From contig JAADIY010000042.1 of assembly GCA_013151045.1 (NCBI GenBank), positions 20,153 through 84,152 on the forward strand: a stretch of DNA of 64,000 bases, given 5' to 3'. Made by a program: the position numbers and the translations under genes. Below, in pieces: positions 29,871 to 38,389 of this stretch. How positions within the stretch are numbered: the stretch's first letter is position 1; each line of letters begins with the position of its first letter. This stretch comes from Gammaproteobacteria bacterium. Its GTDB lineage: Bacteria > Pseudomonadota > Gammaproteobacteria > GCA-2400775. Under the pieces are notes generated by a model, which had not been told where the DNA came from, ran no database searches, and was given only the letters and a program-made list of their open reading frames with translations.

Positions 29871-30185
29871 TTAAGAACGAGCTGTGTTGGCGCTACCAGC
29901 CATATCCAAAACAGGTTCCACTTCTTTGTGTGGACGAGCAATAATGTGAGCTGCAACAAGACCATCACCCACTCTTTCACAAGCATCCGCGCCAGCGCGA
30001 ACCGCTGCGTTAACCGCACCAGTTTCACCACGAACCAAGACGGTGACATAACCACCACCAACAAATTCACGCCCAATCAAACGCACTTCTGCTGCTTTAG
30101 TCATGGCATCAGCTGCTTCGATCGCAGGAACTAAGCCACGAGTTTCAATCATGCCTAATGCGATTCCGTAGTTACCTTCACTCAT
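29871..30185 (-). CDS. csoS1: Alpha-carboxysome shell hexamer CsoS1 (paralog with longer tail)
   Basis: Core identical to neighbour; likely start MSEGNY after GGAG RBS. Confidence 0.95.
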   Translation of the reverse strand: MSEGNYGIALGMIETRGLVPAIEAADAMTKAAEVRLIGREFVGGGYVTVLVRGETGAVNAAVRAGADACERVGDGLVAAHIIARPHKEVEPVLDMAGSANTARS

Positions 30186-30233
30186 CGTTATATCTCCGTC
30201 TTTGTTACTCAATAATAATAGTTACTAACTAAG

Positions 30234-30527
30234 TTATGCTTTTATCACTTGCTCTTCAGGCATGCCTTTTGTCTGCCCGGTTTCTTCATCCCAATAATCA
30301 ATAATGCCGTTAATCGTCAGGTCTGTTAGGGTTTTAGGATTATCGCAAGCAAAACGTGCCGCGGAACCTGTTGAAACAAACACCCAATTACCTGGTCGTG
30401 CACCACAAGGATCTGCTGCCACTTGTAACTTGCCACGACTATCACGCAGTATGCGCAAACTGCTTTGCAACAAACCAGGATGACGGCGTGTGCAAACCAA
30501 TGATGCTACAACACGCATAATATCCAC
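30234..30527 (-). CDS. csoS4B: Shell vertex pentamer CsoS4B
   Basis: 'MDIMRV...TRRHPGL...GNWVF..GSAARFA...LTDLTI.GIIDYW'. Confidence 0.9.
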   Translation of the reverse strand: MDIMRVVASLVCTRRHPGLLQSSLRILRDSRGKLQVAADPCGARPGNWVFVSTGSAARFACDNPKTLTDLTINGIIDYWDEETGQTKGMPEEQVIKA

Positions 30528-30820
30528 TAATCTTTCTGCCCTGCTTGTTCGGTTTTTTCTTCCTCAGCTTCAGACTTTTCTTCGTCCCAGTAATCAATAA
30601 TCCCAACAATGGTTAGATCACTTGGATACTCTTTACTGCCTGCTGCCTCACGTGCTGCCGAACTACCCACACAAATCACCCAATCACCCGGGATACAACC
30701 AACTGCATCCACTGCAACTAAGCGTGACGAGCCATCTAATACCACTTGCAAATGCTTATGGTTCATCGTTGCAATACGATTAGTCGCCACCAAAGGCTTC
30801 TCAACTTTACAAATCTTCAT
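30527..30820 (-). CDS. csoS4A: Shell vertex pentamer CsoS4A
   Basis: 'VEKPLVATNRI', 'VAVDAVGCIPGDWVICVGSSAAREAAGSK.YPSDLTI'. Confidence 0.93.
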   Translation of the reverse strand: MKICKVEKPLVATNRIATMNHKHLQVVLDGSSRLVAVDAVGCIPGDWVICVGSSAAREAAGSKEYPSDLTIVGIIDYWDEEKSEAEEEKTEQAGQKD

Positions 30821-32403
30821 CAGTGTGTCTCCTGATTAGCAGGCAACAAAGAACAGCCAACCATCTCTGCTCTGCCATCTGACGAACAATCACGCACCAT
30901 TAAAAGCGTATGTAACAACCCTTTTTCAGCGTAATCGCTATAACGACTGCGTAACGCTGCATCTAGTTGCTGACAGCGCGCTTCTGCACGCTCTCTCGCA
31001 GCCGGTACCTTGCTGTGGTAATCATTACGAATCACCACCGGAATAGGTAAACCACGATTTGCGTTTAACTTAGTAAATATCTTTATTCCTACGTCCATAT
31101 CTTGAGCACCTTCTTCTACCGTACTCAAGTAGGCAAAATAGGTTAAGTTGCGTAAACGCACCTCTTCAAAACCTATACCCATACCAATAAAACATTCTTG
31201 ATGGCCAATATCGCTATAACAGCCTTGATGATATTGACGCACATAATCAATTTGCGAAATATTTTTACAAAGTAAATAAGCTGCTAACTTTTTCATACCC
31301 TCATCAGGTAATGAAGCACCCTGCTCTGCACTATGCTTTTCTATATAACTTGTTATGCATGCCTGTGCATTACTAGCAGATTCGTTATACGTTGCGTCGT
31401 ACAACTCAGCCGCATCGACATAACGACTCGCATCAATATCGCCGTTAGCGTCAGGCAAGTGCAAACGCAATACATCGTTATCGGTGTCGATACCGACCAG
31501 CAATAAGTCAATCGATGCGCCACAACAAAAACTATTTTCAACACCTTGGCGAAAATCCTCTAAACGGCCAATGGCTGCTTGAGCTGCGCGCTGCACATCA
31601 CTACCGTGCGCTGCACAACCTTCTGTATCTGGATGTGATGAACTAAAATGATAAGCTGCCACTTTCAGATAACGCGTTGGCGCATCTGCTGCATTAGGCT
31701 TACCTTCGCGATAGCGAAGCATCTCAGTCTTAACCCATTTTTGCAGGCTGTCATCAACATCAAACATAGCACCAGCATAGGACTTACGTCTTACCACCTT
31801 ATGTGGCAAACGTAATACATAGCGAATAACGTGTGCTAAACGCCCATCTGCACAAGGCGATACGTCCATCAAATGGAAACCACATTGCTCAAGAAACGTT
31901 TGAAATTCATTATCATCTGACGCACTTAACGGACTATTCATAAAGAAGTCATCCGACATGTGACGAAACGTCTCAAATACACACCAGCAATACAGTGAGC
32001 CAATATCTAGAGGCTTCACCCAACTATCTTCTAACAAATGTTCAGGCAACTCAAAACCAAGCTTATTACGCGCAAGCTGCTGCGCACGCTCAATAAAACC
32101 TGAATCGTGTTGCACTGAGGATATTTCCTGCAATACAACTTCAATGTCAGAAAAAGATCCTTTTATCTTCTGCTCATAACTGTATAAATGCTTATTTTCA
32201 TCATTACGTGAAAACGGATGCCCTGTTCTATTTGAAGCAACTCTACTGCTAGTCGTCCCATTTGAATTACCAACTGAATTATCGGAGAACAACGCCTGCG
32301 CACCAGCATAAGAAGCTGCGCCCTGTTGCCGAGGCAACATGGCGCGTTTCAGCGGTACTGCTCGCTGCAACGTGCTTCTATTTTTTACTCTGCTGTTGAA
32401 CAT
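30820..32403 (-). CDS. csoS3: Carboxysomal beta-carbonic anhydrase CsoSCA
   Basis: 'SPCADGRL', 'HFSSSHP..GCAAHGS', 'NLTYFAYL.TVEEGA.DMDVG'. Confidence 0.95.
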   Translation of the reverse strand: MFNSRVKNRSTLQRAVPLKRAMLPRQQGAASYAGAQALFSDNSVGNSNGTTSSRVASNRTGHPFSRNDENKHLYSYEQKIKGSFSDIEVVLQEISSVQHDSGFIERAQQLARNKLGFELPEHLLEDSWVKPLDIGSLYCWCVFETFRHMSDDFFMNSPLSASDDNEFQTFLEQCGFHLMDVSPCADGRLAHVIRYVLRLPHKVVRRKSYAGAMFDVDDSLQKWVKTEMLRYREGKPNAADAPTRYLKVAAYHFSSSHPDTEGCAAHGSDVQRAAQAAIGRLEDFRQGVENSFCCGASIDLLLVGIDTDNDVLRLHLPDANGDIDASRYVDAAELYDATYNESASNAQACITSYIEKHSAEQGASLPDEGMKKLAAYLLCKNISQIDYVRQYHQGCYSDIGHQECFIGMGIGFEEVRLRNLTYFAYLSTVEEGAQDMDVGIKIFTKLNANRGLPIPVVIRNDYHSKVPAARERAEARCQQLDAALRSRYSDYAEKGLLHTLLMVRDCSSDGRAEMVGCSLLPANQETH

Positions 32404-32489
32404 GACGTTAATCCGTTCTCCAAAAATTCGCTTGTAAATGCTCTAGGATTGATGCTTTAAGTTAATAAACCGTGTCTAGCCAGTTACTA

Positions 32490-34334
32490 TTAACCTCGAG
32501 CACCTCCAGACAATGTGACTGGCGCACCGCTATCAGTATTACCATGGCTTCCAGTAACATTAAGCTCAGCAGGTGCAACATCAACATTACGTTTATTATC
32601 AACACCTGGCATTGCACTGATCGGGCCACGACGAGTTGGGTTTCTCTTCGCTGAAGATCTTCCCTCTGTACCCGTTACACGCTCATTACGATCCCAATCA
32701 TCACCGGTGATATTCATACCGGTCTCCATACCTTCGCCCGTCACACCACGAGCTGGTTTGACGATCTCTACAGGTGCGTTAACATTGCCTGTAGTGTTAT
32801 TAACACGATCACCAAAACGCGCTTCTTCAGTACCGGTTAACTTACCTTCTCCCAATGAGAAAGCACCGCTAACGCGACCTTGCTCATAACGAGAACCCGT
32901 TACAGCATTATGCTCGGTTGTCGTTTGGCTGGCGTGATTAGGTGCGTCAACACTAAAGTTACCCCATGGGGCGCCAGCTAGCGGCTTTGGGAAATCAGAT
33001 TCCCCGATTTGCGCTGGTACTGCACCACATACTTGCTGGTGATCAGTCGCACCAATATATGAAGTACCGGTTAGAGGCTTACATACGCCTTTAGCAGCAC
33101 CGGTTAAATTACCCAAACCAGGTTGAATACCCGTAATATCACGACCTTCATTACCGCGACGTAATTCACTACGTGCTAAAGCAACTTTTGCTTGCCTAGG
33201 CTCACAATACTTTTCATATTGCTCTGAACCAGCATAAGGTGTACCGGTCACCGCTTTACAGGTGCCCGCTTCATCACCAGTTACGTGTTCTGATCGCGCA
33301 GGTTTTGAACCTGATACGATTGTGCCGCGACTGGTTTGTGAAAAACTAATTTTTGCTGGACCAGTGTCTGGCTTAACACCGCAAAACTGTTCAAAGTGTT
33401 CAGTACCAAGATACTCCGTACCTGTCACGTTTTTGCAACTACCGCGCTCATCACCAGTAACACTATCACTACGTCCAATAGAACTCGCCGTTGTAATATT
33501 ACCGCCACGTGCCAAAGCGCTAGTTAGCACTTTTGACGGCACATTAAACTGCTTATTATCACTTTGACAATAACTCGCAAAAACATCATCTGACAAATAA
33601 TCTGTACCAGTAACTGAACGGCATAAACCAATTTCGTCGCCGGTTGTCTTAGCACTATGTGCCACCTGCGTACCCGTTACTTCTTCAGTGACTGCAGGTT
33701 TTGGACGGTTACCGCGAATAGGTGTCGACTTTGCTTTCACTGCACCACCACCTTTAACACTACGTTGTGCTCGCACACTACGTGCCAGATCACGGCTTGA
33801 GATATCTGGGTTTTGTGAACGCGCTACCTGCGCAGAACTCACTCCACTACTCATAATCTCTACACCTTTTTTACCATGTGCGGCCAGCGCATGGCGACGT
33901 GCACGTGAATTCATACGGCCTGAGTTGCTTGGCGATACGACGTTCACTTTTTTCATTTGTGTTGGCACTGATGCTGGCTTAGTAAATATTGCTGCTGCTG
34001 ATGCCGCACCAGCTTTACACTTGCCTTCACCATTGCAACCGCAACCACAACCTTTAGCTGTAGCCACTTTCGCTTTCGCACGTGCCACACGTTGACGGTC
34101 TGGCGCTGCCACACCGGCTTTACCTTTTGTCGACATTTGTCGACGTCGAGCCAGCGATTCTTGACGGCAGCTACCGAAAGTGCTTGAAGAAGCGCTAGCA
34201 CTACGACGCGGAGCAGGAGCAGCAGATGCGATTGCAGCGACGGGTGCGCTAGCGATTGCATTGCTTTTACCTTGAGTCTGAGCGTTGCGTCGTGCTCTTG
34301 CAGCACTGCGTCCTGACAGATCTTTAATGGCCAT
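32490..34334 (-). CDS. csoS2: Carboxysome scaffold CsoS2 (614 aa)
   Basis: Four Arg-rich N-peptides, (V/I)TG...C M-repeats, C-terminal VTLSGGARG. Confidence 0.95.
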   Translation of the reverse strand: MAIKDLSGRSAARARRNAQTQGKSNAIASAPVAAIASAAPAPRRSASASSSTFGSCRQESLARRRQMSTKGKAGVAAPDRQRVARAKAKVATAKGCGCGCNGEGKCKAGAASAAAIFTKPASVPTQMKKVNVVSPSNSGRMNSRARRHALAAHGKKGVEIMSSGVSSAQVARSQNPDISSRDLARSVRAQRSVKGGGAVKAKSTPIRGNRPKPAVTEEVTGTQVAHSAKTTGDEIGLCRSVTGTDYLSDDVFASYCQSDNKQFNVPSKVLTSALARGGNITTASSIGRSDSVTGDERGSCKNVTGTEYLGTEHFEQFCGVKPDTGPAKISFSQTSRGTIVSGSKPARSEHVTGDEAGTCKAVTGTPYAGSEQYEKYCEPRQAKVALARSELRRGNEGRDITGIQPGLGNLTGAAKGVCKPLTGTSYIGATDHQQVCGAVPAQIGESDFPKPLAGAPWGNFSVDAPNHASQTTTEHNAVTGSRYEQGRVSGAFSLGEGKLTGTEEARFGDRVNNTTGNVNAPVEIVKPARGVTGEGMETGMNITGDDWDRNERVTGTEGRSSAKRNPTRRGPISAMPGVDNKRNVDVAPAELNVTGSHGNTDSGAPVTLSGGARG

Positions 34335-34375
34335 ATTTGTTTATCCCATGCGTTATCGAGAAAACCGAGATGGAA

Positions 34376-34393
34376 GTGGTGCCAAAGCACCAC
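34376..34393 (-). terminator. Hairpin between cbbS and csoS2
   Basis: GTGGTGC-CAAA-GCACCAC perfect 7-bp stem. Confidence 0.5.
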
Positions 34394-34406
34394 ATCAACC
34401 TTCTTA

Positions 34407-34754
34407 TCAAGCAGCCTTACCGCGATACGCTACAAAGCAAACACCTTGGCTTTGCGTGTAGTTGTCATAACCAATCAAACGTACATGATGATCTGGGTAT
34501 GCGCGATGGCACGCTTCTAACTCAGCAACTACGTTACCAAGATCGGTTTCACCGAAGAACGGTAACTTCCACATTGGCCAGTAAACACTACTTACTAGCG
34601 CTGGATCTTCGTGCTCAATTGATGGTGTTAAACCTTGACTCAACATATAGTTAATTTGGGCATAAACTTCTTCTTGCGAAAACGGCGGTAAAAACGAAAA
34701 AGTTTCTAACGTCTGAGCAGTACGGTAATCACCCATTTCTGCATTTGATTTCAT
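34407..34754 (-). CDS. cbbS: RuBisCO small subunit (form IA, carboxysomal)
   Basis: 'ETFSFLPP', 'YWPMWKLPFFGE', 'HHVRLIGYDNYTQSQG'. Confidence 0.97.
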   Translation of the reverse strand: MKSNAEMGDYRTAQTLETFSFLPPFSQEEVYAQINYMLSQGLTPSIEHEDPALVSSVYWPMWKLPFFGETDLGNVVAELEACHRAYPDHHVRLIGYDNYTQSQGVCFVAYRGKAA

Positions 34755-34799
34755 TGCTGTCTCCTGAATATATTGCGAATCTATTAGGGATTAATTAAC

Positions 34800-36209
34800 T
34801 TAGGCGTCAAGCTTGTCTACGGTTTCAAATTCGAAGACGATCTCTTTCCAAGTTTCCATAGCGATTGCGAGTTCTGGGCTATGTTTTGCAGCACCTTCTA
34901 GAATATCGCGACCTTCACGCTCTAGTTCACGGCCTTCGTTACGCGCTTTAACACACGCTTCCAAAGCAACACGGTTTGCAGCAGCACCCGCAGCGTTACC
35001 CCAAGGATGTCCTTGAGTACCACCACCGAACTGAAGAATAGAATCATCGCCGAAGATCTCAACCAGCGCTGGCATATGCCATACGTGGATACCACCAGAA
35101 GCAACAGCAAAGACACCAGGCATTGAGCCCCAATCTTGATCAAAGAAGATACCGCGTTTGCGATCTTCAGGAATAAATGATTCACGTAACTGATCAACAA
35201 AACCTAATGTTGAAGCACGATCACCCTCAAGCTTACCAACAACCGTACCCGTATGGAGATGATCACCACCTGACAAACGTAAGCACTTAGCTAGTACACG
35301 GAAGTGAATACCGTGATGCGGGTTACGATCGATAACTGCATGCATGGCACGATGAATATGCAACAATATACCGTTATCACGACACCATTTAGCCAAACCA
35401 GAGTTGGCGGTAAAACCACCCGTCAAAAAGTCATGCATGATCACTGGCTGACCAAGCTCTTTGGCAAACTCAGCACGCTCATACATTTCTTCAGGTGTAT
35501 TAGCCGTTACGTTTAAGTAATGACCTTTAATCTCGCCAGTTTCAGCTTGTGCTTTTTCTACTGCCGCAGCAACAAACTCGAAACGGTTACGCCAGCGCAT
35601 GAATGGCTGGGAGTTGATGTTTTCGTCATCTTTGGTCAGATCCAAACCACCACGCAAACATTCGTAAACAGCACGACCGTAGTTTTTAGCAGAAAGACCC
35701 AGCTTAGGTTTAATCGTACAACCCAACAATGGACGCCCATATTTGTTTAGCTTGTCACGCTCAACTTGGATACCACTTGGTGGCCCAAGGCACGTTTTAA
35801 CAAATGCGATTGGGAAGCGAATGTCTTCGAGACGCAAGGCTTTAATTGCTTTAAAGCCGAACACGTTACCAACCAATGAGGTCAATACGTTAACAACTGA
35901 ACCTTCTTCAAAAAGATCAATTGGATAAGCAATGAAAGCATAGAAACAAGTGCTATCACCTGGCACATCTTCGATGCGATAGGCACGGCCTTTATAAAAT
36001 TCCATATCGGTCAATAACTCAGACCACACCGTACTCCAAGTACCGGTAGATGATTCTGCCGCTACGGCTGCAGCTGCTTCATTATGAGGAACACCTTCTT
36101 GTGGCGTAACCTTGAAACATGCTAACAAATCCGTATCAAGTGGCACGTAATCCGGAGTCCAGTACACATCACGGTACTCTTTAACACCCGCATCGTATTT
36201 CTTTCCCAT
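34800..36209 (-). CDS. cbbL: RuBisCO large subunit form IA(c)
   Basis: [31 protein letters not shown] active-site motif. Confidence 0.99.
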   Translation of the reverse strand: MGKKYDAGVKEYRDVYWTPDYVPLDTDLLACFKVTPQEGVPHNEAAAAVAAESSTGTWSTVWSELLTDMEFYKGRAYRIEDVPGDSTCFYAFIAYPIDLFEEGSVVNVLTSLVGNVFGFKAIKALRLEDIRFPIAFVKTCLGPPSGIQVERDKLNKYGRPLLGCTIKPKLGLSAKNYGRAVYECLRGGLDLTKDDENINSQPFMRWRNRFEFVAAAVEKAQAETGEIKGHYLNVTANTPEEMYERAEFAKELGQPVIMHDFLTGGFTANSGLAKWCRDNGILLHIHRAMHAVIDRNPHHGIHFRVLAKCLRLSGGDHLHTGTVVGKLEGDRASTLGFVDQLRESFIPEDRKRGIFFDQDWGSMPGVFAVASGGIHVWHMPALVEIFGDDSILQFGGGTQGHPWGNAAGAAANRVALEACVKARNEGRELEREGRDILEGAAKHSPELAIAMETWKEIVFEFETVDKLDA

Positions 36210-36256
36210 AGTCGATTTACTCCTGCTGTGGTTGTACTTCGAAACTTTGAACGAAG

Positions 36257-36284
36257 ATTATAGGCCTATTAACATTAATTCCAA
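36257..36284 (-). promoter_or_regulatory. sigma70-type promoter of the cbbL/cso operon
   Basis: Minus strand TTGGAA-N16-TATAAT, about 50 nt upstream of cbbL. Confidence 0.6.
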
Positions 36285-36305
36285 TCGATAGTTTGAATGC
36301 ATTTG

Positions 36306-36395
36306 ATAGATAGTTATCTATAATTGTCGCAATATTAGCCTATAAAGCAACAACTAATCCAATATTATCGATGAATAGTATAGATGATTACCTAT
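36306..36395. promoter_or_regulatory. Two ATAG-N8-CTAT LysR (CbbR/NdhR-type) boxes
   Basis: ATAGatagttatCTAT at 36306-36321 and ATAGatgattacCTAT at 36380-36395. Confidence 0.65.
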
Positions 36396-36526
36396 ACTTA
36401 ATCTGACAACACCTCAATTTTTCACCATTTTGCCTAACCACCGGCTATATATAAAAGTATAAAAGAATTTAAAGATGCCTATGGCTAATAACCCAGGAAT
36501 TGAGATTTCATCGCGTCTTATTAGAA

Positions 36527-36649
36527 ATGCCACTGAACCACATGCAGCCAAAAATAAGTGAACTCGACAATATTATTCGTGCAGCGCAGAAAGGTGATGA
36601 AGCTGCGTTCGAAGAATTACTCAATCACCGCTATGAAAGGCTTTGTTGA
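36527..36649 (+). pseudogene. N-terminal fragment of an ECF sigma factor
   Basis: MQPKISELDNIIRAAQKGDEAAFEELLNHRYE resembles the ECF N-terminal region; truncated where the VWA remnant begins. Confidence 0.6.
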
Positions 36650-37320
36650 ACGCAAACGTGATAAAGACATCTTTTTATCAGCCCTAGGTTTTGGCCAAGG
36701 AAATTATAACGACCACACCATGCAATCTTTAGCGCAAAAAATGTTGGTTGATCAGGCGGCAGAAGCGCTATTTACTATCGCCAAAGACGTAAAGATTCAA
36801 ATTGAATTTAACCCTACAACCGTCAGCGAATATCGCCTTTTAGACTATAAAGCTCGCGCTCTCAATCGTGAAGATTTTAACAACGATGCCGTAGATACTA
36901 GCGATATTGGTGCTGGCCATAGTATTACCGCAATCTATAAAATTACAGCCAAAAGCGCCAATTCCGGACTAATTGACGAAAGTCGCTATCAAGCCAAACC
37001 AAGCAGTAGAGATATCACAGGCAAATATGGTTTTCTAAAGATGCGCTATAAACGGCCTGAATCAGATAGTTCTGAGCTTATCACGACAACAATTGCGAAC
37101 AGCAATACAAAAGCAGGTCTACAACTGGCCAACGAGATTCAATTTTCAACTTCTGTTGTGGCTTTTGCACAACTCTTACGCGGCGGTCAATACACAAATA
37201 ATTGGGGTTACGATCATGCACTAAAACTTGCTCAATCTCATCAAAGGCGAAGACCTCTATGGTCATCGCACAGAGTTTGTACAATTAATACCTAAAGCTA
37301 AAATCGCTGACGAATTATAA
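36633..37320 (+). pseudogene. C-terminal remnant of a YfbK-like VWA/DUF3520 protein
   Basis: 'LSALGFGQGNYND..MQ', 'FTIAKDVKIQIEFNP..V.EYRL', 'DFNNDAVD..DIGAGHSITAIY'; N-terminus missing; true C-terminus KGEDLYGHRTEFVQLI is in another frame, ending at 37320. Confidence 0.75.
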
Positions 37321-37387
37321 TCCTAATAAAAATATGTCGAGGGATTTCTGTGCCATTCCCTCGGTATTGCGACCAACAACAACTTCG

Positions 37388-38374
37388 CTAAAAAGGACTC
37401 GGCCTAGGTGTATCAACACCAGACGCAGGTAATGTAGGCAATGGAAATGAAGGTTGTACACCTGTTAAGGTTTTCAGAAACGCAACGACACGAGCAGTCT
37501 CATCGTCGTTAAACTGAATACCTAATTGCACACGGCCCATAGTATTCACTGCTTCTTCCAAAGTTTTAATCGCACCATCATGAAAATACGGATATGTAAG
37601 CTCTATATTTCGCAGCAACGGAACTTTAAAAACATTGTCATCTATCAACTCTCCTGTTATCGCCGATCTGCCACGTGACGGGTGGGTCGTTTTATAAGGC
37701 TCAAACACGCCAAGCTTTTGAAAAGACTGTCCGCCAACACCAGGACCGTTATGACAATTCGTACAACCTACATTTTTAAAAATTTTATAACCAGATAACT
37801 CATATTCGCTAATCGCATTTTTGTTGCCCAACAACCACATATCGAATGGTGAATTAGGAGTAACTAATGTTTTTTCAAACTCCGCTATAGCCGACGCGAC
37901 GCTAGCTATAGTAATAGCTCCATCATCGAATACTTGTTTAAATTCGGTCACATACCCTGGTATCGTTTTTAGCACATCGGCCACCAATACATGAGGTGTT
38001 GCCATTGAAGCAGGATTTTCTATTGAGCTACGTGCCTGCTCCTCAAGCGTTGCCGCGCGGCCATCCCAATATTGAGAAAAATTTAAACTTGAATTTAAAA
38101 CGGTAGGCGTATTGATCCGCCCTTTCTGCCATTTATCACCAATTGGAAACTGTAAATTATCCACCCCGCCTAAGCTTAAGTTGTGGCATAAGTTACAGGA
38201 AAAATGGCCAGACTGTGATAGCCTACGCTCATAGTATAATTTTTTTCCTAACTCAGATTTTGCAAGGTCTATTAATTTAGGTGCACGCACCGGAAATATA
38301 GGCTCTTCCTTCGCAAAGGTTGAGCTTGAAGCAAACAAAACAACTAATAACAGACAAACAATAAGTCTTTTCAT
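37388..38374 (-). CDS. Di-haem cytochrome c peroxidase paralog 2 (degenerate peroxidatic site)
   Basis: Signal peptide, CNLCH and CTNCH, FKVPLLRN, PYFHDG, Met ligand; IGDKW and NPASM replace IGHxW and NPxEM. Confidence 0.88.
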   Translation of the reverse strand: MKRLIVCLLLVVLFASSSTFAKEEPIFPVRAPKLIDLAKSELGKKLYYERRLSQSGHFSCNLCHNLSLGGVDNLQFPIGDKWQKGRINTPTVLNSSLNFSQYWDGRAATLEEQARSSIENPASMATPHVLVADVLKTIPGYVTEFKQVFDDGAITIASVASAIAEFEKTLVTPNSPFDMWLLGNKNAISEYELSGYKIFKNVGCTNCHNGPGVGGQSFQKLGVFEPYKTTHPSRGRSAITGELIDDNVFKVPLLRNIELTYPYFHDGAIKTLEEAVNTMGRVQLGIQFNDDETARVVAFLKTLTGVQPSFPLPTLPASGVDTPRPSPF

Positions 38375-38389
38375 TACCTTCTCCAGGTT

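Noticed and set aside
29541-30185. csoS1 duplication as a novel repeat or CRISPR-like array
   Set aside because: Ordinary paralogous shell genes with synonymous differences; no CRISPR array was seen anywhere in the window
36558-37295. VWA remnant as the CbbO activase adaptor
   Set aside because: Motifs are YfbK/DUF3520-type, the gene is broken, and no cbbQ is adjacent
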